A stretch of DNA of 64,000 bases from the NCBI GenBank assembly GCA_964016885.1, contig OZ024743.1, forward strand, positions 252,836,001 to 252,900,000. Reading direction: 5' to 3'. A program made the translations under genes and the position numbers. Below the pieces are notes generated by a model that saw nothing but the letters and a program-made list of their open reading frames with translations, searched no databases and had not been told where the DNA came from. Below, piece by piece: positions 12,610 to 23,910 of this stretch. This DNA comes from Eledone cirrhosa (Eukaryota). The stretch's first letter is position 1. Every line of letters starts with the position of its first letter.

Positions 12610-14990
12610 GCGATCTTATCTTAAACCTTACATTCTCGCTATCACTATTATATATTCCTTTAAATATAATTTGTTAAACTTGCTAAGTTTTACGCAAATC
12701 TTCGAGTACCTATTAAACTTTTAACCTCTGCTCCATCCCATATTCTACCCCCTACCCATCCATCATGCTGGTTCCTGCCCCCCCCCCTCCCTCTCTATAC
12801 ATATAAGATAAAACCCTACCAAAATTAATCAAAATCGCCAACTCGCTATTTCTGGGATGGCTGTTCCCTTCGGTATAAAGTAACGTTCAAATTTTTCTCG
12901 ATTCTTCTCTCCATTCGAACCCATTCATTCAATCACTTCTATGTCCTAATTTCACACTATATCATATTTTCACCATTATATATCATATTTTCCCTATCAC
13001 CGCATTTTCTCTATCGTAATTTCTTAAACAAAACAAATCTTGTATTTTCGTTTATTGTTAAATTATGCCCAATTTTTTCTCGATTCTTCTCTCCATTCGA
13101 ACCCATTCATTCAATCACTTCTATGTCCTAATTTCACACTATATCGTATTTTCACCATTATATATCATATCTTTTCTCTAAAAATCATATTTTCCCTATC
13201 ACCGCATTTTCTCTATTGTAATTTCTTAAACAAAACAAATCTTGTATTTTCGTTTATTGTTAAATTATGCCCAATTTTTTCTCGATTCTTCTCTCCATTC
13301 GAACCCATTCATTCAATCACTTCTATGTCCTAATTTCACACTATATCGTATTTTCACCATTATATATCATATCTTTTCTCTAAAAATCATATTTTCCCTA
13401 TCACCGCATTTTCTCTATTGTAATTTCTTAAACAAAACAAATCTTGTATTTTCGTTTATTGTTAAATTATGCCCAATTTTTTCTCGATTCTTTTCTCCAT
13501 TCGAACCCATTCATTCAATCACTTCTATGTCCTAATTTCACACTATATCGTATTTTCACCTTTATATATCATATCTTTTCTCTAAAAATCATATTTTCCC
13601 TATCACCGCATTTTCTCTATTGTAATTTCTTAAACAAAACAAATCTTGTATTTTCGTTTATTGTTAAATCATGCCCAAAATACGGCGATCTTATCTTAAA
13701 CCTTACATTCTCGCTATCACTATTATATATTCCTTTAAATATAATTTGTTAAACTTGCTAAGTTTTACGCAAATCTTCGAGTACCTATTAAACTTTTAAC
13801 CTCTGCTCCAACCCATATTCTACCCCCTACCCATCCATCATGCTGGTTCCTGCCCCCCCTCCCTCTCTATACATATAAGATAAAACCCTACCAAAATTAA
13901 TCAAAATCGCCAACTCGCTATTTCTGGGATGGCTGTTCCCTTCGGTATAAAGTAACGTTCACATTTTTCTCGATTCTTCTCTCCATTCGAACCCATTCAT
14001 TCAATCACTTCTATGTCCTAATTTCACACTATATCATATTTTCACCATTATATATCATATTTTCCCTATCACCGCATTTTCTCTATCGTAATTTCTTAAA
14101 CAAAACAAATCTTGTATTTTCGTTTATTGTTAAATTATGCCCAATTTTTTCTCGATTCTTCTCTCCATTCGAACCCATTCATTCAATCACTTCTATGTCC
14201 TAATTTCACACTATATCGTATTTTCACCATTATATATCATATCTTTTCTCTAAAAATCATATTTTCCCTATCACCGCATTTTCTCTATCGTAATTTCTTA
14301 AACAAAACAAATCTTGTATATTCGTTTATTGTTAAATTATGCCCAATTTTTTCTCGATTCTTCTCTCCATTCGAACCCATTCATTCAATCACTTCTATGT
14401 CCTAATTTCACACTATATCGTATTTTCACCATTATATATCATATCTTTTCTCTAAAAATCATATTTTCCCTATCACCGCATTTTCTCTATTGTAATTTCT
14501 TAAACAAAACAAATCTTGTATTTTCGTTTATTGTTAAATTATGCCCAATTTTTTCTCGATTCTTCTCTCCATTCGAACCCATTCATTCAATCACTTCTAT
14601 GTCCTAATTTCACACTATATCGTATTTTCACCATTATATATCATATCTTTTCTCTAAAAATCATATTTTCCCTATCACCGCATTTTCTCTATTGTAATTT
14701 CTTAAACAAAACAAATCTTGTATTTTCGTTTATTGTTAAATTATGCCCAATTTTTTCTCGATTCTTTTCTCCATTCGAACCCATTCATTCAATCACTTCT
14801 ATGTCCTAATTTCACACTATATCGTATTTTCACCATTATATATCATATCTTTTCTCTAAAAACCATATTTTCCCTATCACCGCATTTTCTCTATTGTAAT
14901 TTCTTAAACAAAACAAATCTTGTATTTTCGTTTATTGTTAAATCATGCCCAAAATACGGCGATCTTATCTTAAACCTTACATTCTCGCTA
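12610..14990 (+). repeat. Higher-order tandem array: 2 x [~280-bp leader + 4 or 5 monomers of 202 bp], ending in a third 31-bp leader start fused to the RTE
   Basis: GCGATCTTATCTTAAACCTTACATTCTCGCTA occurs at 12610, 13685 and 14959. The monomer marker CTCGATTC occurs at 12897, 13079, 13281, 13483 and at 13969, 14151, 14353, 14555, 14757. Confidence 0.95.
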
Positions 14991-15240
14991 ACAACCCATC
15001 ATCCCTCCCCCCCGCCCCCACGCACCACCATTATTACGTGGACCAATCATAAGTCAGAGGCCCATACTATCGCTTAACTGGTTGCTTTTCGATATGATGG
15101 ATGGACTACGGAATTCTGGAGAGTTGAAGAGAGAAAAATGTGGACGCTCAGCGACAATGCCAAAGATAAAGCCAAATTCACCTCGTGGACGAGAATGCAA
15201 GCACTCCTCCTTGTTTCGGCCCAGGATGGCTAACATAACC
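14981..15240 (+). ncRNA. Candidate HDV-like self-cleaving ribozyme at the RTE 5' end
   Basis: P1 ATTCTCG (14981-87)/CGAGAAT (15190-96); P3 TTC/GGA around L3 ACCTCGT (15180-86); P4 CA(C)TCCT/AGGATG; J4/2 G-CTAA with C15230. P2 is not canonical. Confidence 0.55.
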
Positions 15241-18200
15241 CCATCCCCCCCCGCGCCCCACCGCTCCCACCCTCCAAACGCAATCCAAAACTTCAGAGTT
15301 GGTACCATGAATGTAGGCACCTTAAAGGGTCGCTCTAACGAGGTTGTAGAAATGCTTGAACGTAAGGAGGTCGATGTTTGTTGTATTCAAGAGACCAGGT
15401 GGAGGGGAGGGTCGGCTAGATTCATCGTGGGTAAAGAGCGATGCTATAAGCTTTTCTGGGTGGGAAATGACAATGGGTTGGGTGGGGTAGGAATCATGGT
15501 AGCAGAAAAGTGGGCAGATAAGATAATAGACGTAAATAGAGTGAACGACAGAATAATTAAAATAAGACTTGTCCTCAATAAAACTACGGTGACAGTAATA
15601 TCTGCGTACGCACCCCAATCCGGACAGCCCCGCGCTATAAAAGACAGATTCTACGAGACACTGATGCTCGCTACCTCCCAAATAACCGACAGTGACTATA
15701 TAGTTATTGCAGGCGACCTAAATGGTCACGTTGGACAACATTGTGACGGCTATGACGGAATCCATGGAGGCTATGGGTTGCGTACTAGAAATGAGGAAGG
15801 CTCCAGAATCCTGGAATTCTGCGACGCAAATAACTTAACTATCTGTAACACTAACTTCAAAAAACGAGACAATCACTTGATCACCTATAGATCGGGGGAA
15901 CACACAAGCCAGGTAGATTATATCCTTACCAGAAGACGTGACAGAGTGTCTGTTGTTAACACTAAATCCCACCCCCATGAAGAATTCACCTCCCAACATA
16001 GACTGATAATTAGCGACCTCATAGTCAGGACGAGACGTACTAGACAGCGAAAGAGGACTATCCTCAGGAGAAAAATATGGAAGCTAAAGGACCCCATAGC
16101 CAGAAATAAATTTCAAAGCAAATTACTTGACGCTTTCGACAGTAAGGAAGAGCAATTAGAGTCGTATAATATAGAGGAACAGTGGGAATTCCTGAGAGCA
16201 AACCTGCTGACGGCGGCAGACGAAGTCTGTGGCTGGAGCAGGCCTGTAGGTAGGAGGAGAGTAACATGGTGGTGGAACAGTAAGGTGGAGGAGTCAATTA
16301 AGGCCAAAAAGCAGGCTTGGAAAGTATGGCGGGATGGGGGAAGTAGAGAAGACTATCAAGTGGCCAGGAGGGAAGCTAGGAGACAAGTGTACTTCGCAAG
16401 AAGGGAAGCAGAGGAAAGAAAGTTCAAGCATGTTCTACAACGGGAGGACCAAAAACGTGAGGTGTTCAGGATTGCCAGGCAATGTGTCAAGGAAAACCGT
16501 GATATTGTCGGGGAGAAGTGTGTACTTAACGATGATGGCATACTTGCCATCACCGACGCTGATAAGAAGGTAGCTTGGAAGTGTCACTACGAAAGGCTTC
16601 TAAATGAGGAGAACAAATGGGAGAAAGACAGTCTCCCCCAGATCGATCCAATAGAGGGACCAGCAGTGTTAGTTAAAGGTAGTATAATAAGTAAGGCAAT
16701 CAAAGATATGAAGACGGGTAAGGCGGCTGGGCCTTCGGAAATAGTTGCTGAGATGCTGAAGGCATCTGGTTCGGTGGGACACACCATGGTCACCCGGATA
16801 GTTAACCAAGTCGTACAGAATGGGGTTGTTCCGAAGTAATGGCGTAGCAGCATCATCGTTAACTGCTATAAGGGAAAAGGAGATGCCCTAGATAGGAGTA
16901 ACTATAGAGGCATTAAATTAATCGACCAGGTCATGAAGGTCACGGAAAAAGTAATAGCGCAACTAATCAGAGAGAGAATTGATCTAGATGAAATGCAGTT
17001 CGGGTTTGTGTCAGGCAAAAGTACCACAGACGCTCTTTTCATTGTACGACAACTACAGGAGAAGTACCTAGCTAAAAGTAAACCCCTATACTTAGCTTTT
17101 GTCGACTTGGAGAAAGCCTTCGACAGAGTCCCCCGTTCCATTATCTGGTGGTCTCTTAGAAAACTAGGTGTTGACGAATGGCTTGTGAGAGCTATACAAG
17201 CCATGTATAAAGAAACAGTCAGTAAGGTTAGAATTAACAACGAATATAGTGAAGAGTTTAGCGTAAAAGTTGGTGTCCATCAGGGCTCTGTACTTAGCCC
17301 CCTACTATTTATTATTGCCCTTCAGGCTATAACAGAGGAGTTCAAGACCGGCTGCCCATGGGAACTCCTATACGCAGATGATCTAACGCTCATAGCTGAA
17401 TCAATGACCGAACTAGAGAAGAAATTCCAAACGTGGAAGCACGGCCTAGAATCAAAAGGCCTTAAAATTAACCTGGCTAAGACTAAAGTTCTAGTTTGTA
17501 GGAAAGAAAATAAGGCGGCGGTCCCATCGGGGAAATGGCCATGCTCAGTGTGTAGGAAAGGCGTAGGTAGAAACTCCATTTTATGTCCCAAATGCAAAGT
17601 ATGGGTGCATAAAAGATGTAGTGGGATCACAGGTAAGCTAACTAAGAACATAGATTTTACATGTGGCCGGTGCTCTGGTGCAATAAGTAGCAGCAAGTGC
17701 CCACAAAATACTAGCTCCTTCAACTGCGCAGAGGGTTCTATAGAAATAGTGGACAGCTTCCGTTATCTGGGTGACAAAATCAGCAGTGGGGGAGGGTGCT
17801 CTGAAAGTACAGTAGCTAGAGTCAGAACTGGATGGAAAAAGTTCAGAGAGCTTATACCACTATTAGCCGCTAGAGGGTTCTCCCTAAAAATGAAAGGCAG
17901 GTTATACGATGCCTGCATACGAACAGCAATGCTGCATGGCGGTGAGACCTGGGCATTGTGTGCAGAGGATATACGCAGACTAGAGAGGAACGAAGCTTGC
18001 ATGCTCCGCTGGATGTGCAATAGTAATATACGTAAACGGCAAAGCATAAACGAACTAAGGAAAAAATTAGAAATAAGAGGGATCAGATGTTGTTTACTCG
18101 AGAGAAGGCTATGTTGGTACGGTCACGTGATGCGCATGAAAGACGACAGCTGTATAACAAAGTGCAGGGCAATAAAGATAGACGGTAGCCACGGAGTAGG

Positions 18201-18327
18201 CAGACCCAGAAAAACATGGGACGAGCTGATAAATTCCGACCTCACACGCTTACACCTCTCCAAGACAATGTCACTGGACCGAGACCTTTGGCGGTACTCA
18301 GTAATAGAGAAGACCCGCCTTACCTAA
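15226..18327 (+). pseudogene. RTE polyprotein: APE endonuclease, reverse transcriptase and PHD-type C4HC3 finger; one in-frame TAA at 16837-16839
   Basis: ORFs 15082-16839 and 16933-18327 are in the same frame. Motifs: RVGTMNVGTL, IQETRW, IAGDLNGH, SQVDYIL, SQHRL, FVDLEKAFD, GVHQGSVLSPLLF, LLYADD, GRPRKTW. The ATG at 15226 is an inferred start. Confidence 0.93.
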
Positions 18328-18495
18328 ATACAAAGTAAAAACCTACTACAGTCAGTAGGCACCTCTATCAAAACACACCCACGTCCCACCACCTCCACCC
18401 CACCCACACCGCCCCTTTCAATGTAAAGTTATGTTGGTCCCACAACATCCAGGCCGAAACAAATGAGATCGTGTAGGTGTCACGACAAAAAACAC

Positions 18496-18839
18496 ACAGT
18501 CCACGCTGTAAATGTGGCCGTGTAGGCAACACGGTAAAAACCTCCCAGCCCCACACTGTAAATGTGGTTGGTGTTAGGAAGGGCATCCAGCTGTAGAAAA
18601 CCCGCCAGACAGTCCACGCTGTAATGTGGCCGTGTAGGCAACACGGTAAAAACCTCCCAGCCCCACACTGTAAATGTGGTTGGTGTTAGGAAGGGCATCC
18701 AACTGTAGAAAACCCGCCAGACAGTCCACGCTGTAATGTGGCCGTGTAGGCAACACGGTAAAAACCTCCCAGACCCACACTGTAAATGTGGTTGGTGTTA
18801 GGAAGGGAATCCAACTGTAGAAAACCCGCCAGACAGTCC
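18496..18839 (+). repeat. Three ~112-bp tandem units in the RTE 3' UTR
   Basis: ACAGTCC at 18496, 18609, 18721 and 18833. Confidence 0.95.
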
Positions 18840-19438
18840 TATGCGAGCAAGACAACCACTCTTGCCTCAAGTGGGAAAACCCCCGTCCAAACCCATGCAA
18901 GCATGGAACACGGACGCTAAACCTGATGATGATGATGATGATGATGATATATATATATATATATATATCTACATGCTTTCTAATAATTAGGACCAGATAT
19001 ATAATACAGGTGAAAGAAATTAGTCATCTGTGAGTAATAATCTTGGCTATGAGGAGAGGAGAGTGCAGTATGGAATGTCAATTAACTCCAATAGTGATGC
19101 TTGTTGAAGCAGCACTGATAGAAGTTGCAGAAAAAACTGACAATAAAATGGCAAAAGTGGTCTGCAATTCCAGATTGATAAAAAATAAAACTAAAGAAAT
19201 ATATAAACAACAAAAAAATTGCTTACATTGAAAAAAAACCGAAACAAAAATAAAATGAAAAATAATTTAAAAAGTAAAACATACTAAAATGAGCTATAAA
19301 AGAATAAATAAATTATGTAACGCATTAATTAATGAAACAAAAAATATAAAAAATTGCAAAATAAAATATTTATTTTTAGTTTTACATGCTAATATTTTTC
19401 ATTTGAATGATTGTTTTTTTAAATATTTATTGTTGTTG

Positions 19439-19488
<50 letters not shown>

Positions 19489-20944
19489 TTGCAATTTGCA
19501 TTTGAGTGTGTTCTATTATGTTTTAATGACACACCTGCATACTCTATTTAGCAGGATTAACAGTGGAAAGTCAATTTCTTCTCTTTGATAACATGAATTG
19601 AATAGAATATTAGGAACGTCCACTTCCAATTTCAATAAACTGTTGCTAATTCTATTTCTCCTGCTCTTATTCATCATCATCTATCTTATATCCATTTTTC
19701 TATGCTTGCATCGAGAAGACAAATTATTGTGTGTATAAAGTGGCAGGGAAAATGAGTGCAAGATGCAACAACATTCAAATGGCAACAGAATTTAATACAA
19801 AAGATAAAAACTTATAAAGCATGAACATTTTTAAAAGTAATACAAAATATTATTTATTTTTGTTTAGAGCATAACTAAAACTTTTTTGCATAAAAGTATG
19901 ATAGAAGGTTTTTGATATATATAAACGCTTAAGCCTTTGTATCAACATATGTCTAATGGCCTGAATATAATCAAGAATTTGAAGAGATAACTGATTTTCT
20001 CATTATTAAATTTGTATTTTGAAAGCTAGAATAATATTTCAGTGAAAAATATTTTTTTAGCAGTCCAAGGATGTCTGATAAACAAATATTACACACTGAA
20101 ATTTACATTAATACATTTTTCAAATATATTCCAATCGTTGTTAGGTGGTGTGTTTATCAGAAATGCTATGTGCACCTAAGTTAGAATAGATACACTGTAT
20201 TCCTGAGTGTTGTAAGAAGCAACTAAAAATGTTGGTGCCAAGAATGACATCCTACCATAAAACATTGCCACAATAAGAATCATGAAGCTTTCATAGGATC
20301 CGCAGACACAAACCTGATCCCCACTTTAGCAGGGGAAATGGCCTTAAATGCGTGTTGTTGTTTCTAGAAGATTGAGAAATATTGTGTCTCATTATAATAT
20401 TGGCATTTTCTTTTATTTAAAAAAAAATGACAAAAAATAGAGTAAACTTTCATTTAATAATCTTAAAAAATTTAAATATCAAAATGAGAGGTTAAAACCA
20501 TTATATAGAACTGAATCAATAAACTCAAGTGAAACTTAAAATACTAGAGCCATTTTATCCACATAAACATCATCTGTGTGTCTCCAAATGTTTGACCATT
20601 CTCCACTTTAGAATATAAATTGTTTGTTTTGTCATAATAAAAGATTACAATAAAAAACTATTGATTTAATGTTATGCAGATTTTTCACCTAATAGATAAG
20701 ATGGAAGCAGGGAATGGTCTCACTAAAAGCCAAGAGATTGATGTTGTGTTGGAAACAAAAATAAAATGGATAATGAATACACAAGAATTTTTTTGTGTGT
20801 TTGTGTGTTGTTTTTAAAGAATGTATCTAAAAAAGTATTTCTTCAGGTTCAGTAGTCATAATCCATAAATTCCTGTCAAGTGTGGCAATTTTAACATGAG
20901 ATTTAAATAGTAATAAGGATACGAAGGAAAAAAAAAAGACTATA

Positions 20945-21465
20945 ATAATTGTTTCTACTTTTGGCACAAGACCAGCAATTATCCCAGTGCATTACTGGTA
21001 CTTTATTTTATCGACCCCATAAGGATGAAAGGCAAAGTTAACCTCGGCGGGATTTGAACTCAGAATGTAAAGGGTCGTAATTCTATGCTGTAAAGCATGT
21101 TGTCCGACCCTATACCAATACTGCCAATCCAACCGACTATAATAACAAAGAGTAATTCTTGTATCATTCACAAAGGCTGGTGACACTGGAAGCAATACAA
21201 GTACAAAAAACAAGTTAAAGTGGGATTTGCATCAAGTAGGGTAATCAATAAAAATAGGAATATAATAATGATCTGTATTTTAGACACAAGGCTAATAATT
21301 TAGAAGTGGAAATATGTTGTTTAAACTGACTCCAGTACTTGACTGGTACTTTATCAATCTAGGAGGATGAAAGGCAAAGCTGACCTCAGTGGAATTTGAA
21401 CTCAGAATGTAAAGAACCAGAAAAAAAACTGCAAATATTCTACCAATTCTGCCAATCCACTGCCC
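20945..21465 (-). mobile_element. Two Nin/Deu-domain-type tRNA-derived SINEs
   Basis: Reverse complement of GGATTGGCAG...GAGTTCAAATCCCGCCGAGGTTAACTTTGCCTTTCATCC...GGTCGATAAAATAAAGTACCAG, at about 20945-21138 and 21270-21465. Confidence 0.8.
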
Positions 21466-21511
21466 AACTACTACTACTACAACTACTACTATTACTACTA
21501 CTACTAATAAT

Positions 21512-21870
21512 AAAAAAGATTGTACCCGATTGTAGATGTAGCCTGCCCCTTTGACACAAGAGTGCAAGAAGGAAAAAAATTAACTTATACCAGGATTTAA
21601 AGTGGGAATTAAAAAGGTTTTGGGACTGTCAAGAGATCAGGGTTGTCCTGATTGTCATAGAAGCACTAGGTACTATCTTGAAGAGTTTTCAAGAATAGTT
21701 AAAGAACATTAGTCTAGACCCCTTTTTTGCAACACTTCAAAAGGCATGCTTGCTGGGAACAGCAAGAACCCTTCGATATGTCCTGAATATCTGAGGCTGC
21801 AGGTAGCGACTTGATGTTCATTTGAACAAATTTTCCAGTTAAATCACATCAATGACTGAGACATCAAGAA
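21512..21870 (+). mobile_element. Dong/R4 family A 3' fragment
   Basis: Matches 12226-12550 (IVDVACPFD..LQKACLLGTART) and the 3' UTR of 9060-9140. Confidence 0.9.
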
Positions 21871-22080
21871 TAACAATAACAATCAAAATAATCTAAACTA
21901 TAATAAAGGAAGGTCTGCTGGATTGCGTACGGTTTATTTATTTTTATCCCGTTTGTAAAATAAGTTGGATTACTTTGAATAAATGATGAATGAATATTAC
22001 ATAATTTATCTACTCAATTTTGTAAATAAAAATAATTTCGTAAAAATAAATAATTTAAAATTGACTTCTTTTCAAAGTTA

Positions 22081-22166
22081 CACTTCCGGTATATTGTCGC
22101 CACCACAACCACTTCAACTACCATATATATATAGAAAGAGAGAATGTGTGACGTCAACACTTCCGG
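22081..22166. promoter_or_regulatory. Possible promoter-like motif cluster (2 ETS sites and a CRE)
   Basis: CACTTCCGG at 22081 and 22158, and TGACGTCA at 22149, in a non-repeat-looking stretch with several CpGs. Confidence 0.35.
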
Positions 22167-22529
22167 TGGTGATTGCTTACATAAACATACTAATTTTCTG
22201 TCAGTAATTTTCTCCTAATGCAGTTTATATATAATATCGTCTTTTTTAAAGTATCAGGGATTACGTTACTGATTACATAACACAGTGTAACGCAGTCTTC
22301 GTTCAATTTCTGTGTATATTGTCAATTACGATTTTATTTGATGTATCATATCTACATGTATATATATACACACTACACATGCTAGCAGAAAACCATCCGA
22401 AGGGTGGTTTTTCTGCTAGTAATAATAATTACCACCATGATGACGGTAATGATGATGGTGGTGATGATGGTTGTAATGTTTTCATTTATTAACCACATGA
22501 ATAAAACATTGAATACAGTACCAATAATA

Positions 22530-23910
22530 AAATCCTTGACCAAGAATTAATTGGCTGGTGCCCAATGGGATAGCTGTGCCTCATGGGCAGGATGAGCTCA
22601 CTTATCTTGGTTGATAATTGTCTTAGTGGTGGTATCTCATGAACAAAATTACCCCTCAGTGGTGAAGGATAAAATGCATAAAGAAACAAAAAAATCCCCA
22701 CAATGTCTACAGACAAAAGCACATACCGGATCAGTGATTACCTGGATCAACAAGGGCCAATGTCCCTCGCGGAGGAATCAGCCTTGGGTTGAAAAGTCTG
22801 GAGCTGAAACAAGCTCTTCTCTAAATACATGTCTTGAATGGTCATTTGAAAGAGAATAATCTCAACCCAAGCCTTTGAGGTTGAGCACCAGAAGGAAGAC
22901 AAAGAAACTCAACATACCAAATGAACTTGATAAGAGTGCAAAGAAGTAATATACACATTCTATCACTTATTGGGCAAACCATCAGCATCAAAACACACAG
23001 TAAATTATTTTAAGTTATGGATGGAAAGAATCCCAGAAATGAGACCAAACCATGATGGAAACGAACTTTCAAACGTAAGAAGAGATATTTTTAGAAACAT
23101 GAGATTAACAGATGCAGAGTTAAATGAAATTAAAAAGAATGTTGAAAAAGATTTGAGAATACAAATATCAGAATGAGAGAGAAATGAATATGTGACAGGA
23201 TAGACACCACAAAATGTATTGACTATGTTGTCACGAGGAGAGATTTCACAGAGCATTGAAAGTATCAGAAACACAACAGAGCAGGGTCAAACAGAAAAGT
23301 AGATTGACAATATGGAAGAGGATATTACTACTCATGGACACAAAGATCAGATAGAACAAACAAAACAATGAAATGGGAAAAAAAACAAAAGAAAAAAAAA
23401 CATTAATATGGGTGAAAAAGAGTTGTAAAATTTGACAAGCAACAACCAGAACAAAAGACACATAAGAACTGGAAATCAGTCCGTTAAAGCAATAATTGAA
23501 CAGATAGAGCCTAGTGTATTAGAATTGAATGAGTTTATGTAGCAGCAATTGTAATAGAAAGGAAATGTGGGTTAAGGAAAAAAATGAAAAGGAAACAACA
23601 CTCACAAAAAACCACCCTGAAAGATAAAAATTGAGAAAGAATTTGAAATGATGAGGGGAGAAAATCGCTCTTGGATGAAATATGTGCTGGGAAACCTGTC
23701 AAGTCAAGAAAGGGAAGGAAGGGGATTATGAATTATAAAGTAACTTCAAACTTAATATTTCACCCCTCAAAGAAACCCTAAAAGAGAAAGTGCAACTGGA
23801 AGATTTGAAAAGCAAACATTTTACAGAAAAAATGCACTGTTTATGTCAGATGCAAAAAGGTTTTACAGGAAAATTGGGACACAGACAATTCAAGTAAAGG
23901 AAACTCCTTT
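22530..23910 (+). mobile_element. Decayed 5' half (UTR and N-terminal domain) of a Dong/R4 element
   Basis: CKEVIYTFYH, FKLWMERIPEMRPNHDGNELSNVRRDIFRNMRLTDAELNEIK, KIKIEKEFEMMRG, LKETLKEKVQ and DAKRFYRKIG resemble R4/Dong N-terminal regions. Confidence 0.7.

Larger units (their letters stand above)
14981..18947 (+). mobile_element. Full-length RTE-clade LINE with (GAT)n tail
   Basis: 5' leader, single APE-RT reading frame, 3' UTR, then (TGA)n tail running into (TA)n. Confidence 0.95.

Noticed and set aside
12610-14990. CRISPR array or retrozyme interpretation of the tandem array
   Set aside because: There are no unique spacers or cas genes and the context is eukaryotic. I found no CUGANGA hammerhead core on either strand of the monomer.
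13040-15077. Seven near-identical 97-119 aa ORFs (MYFRLLLNYAQ...)
   Set aside because: They are a by-product of the 202-bp period, which is not a multiple of 3. They start at TTG, overlap each other in shifting frames and have no recognisable domain.
16837-16839. Programmed readthrough or a two-ORF organisation at the TAA
   Set aside because: The sister copy at about 29840 has a sense codon (GAC) here, so it is a private mutation or a sequencing error.
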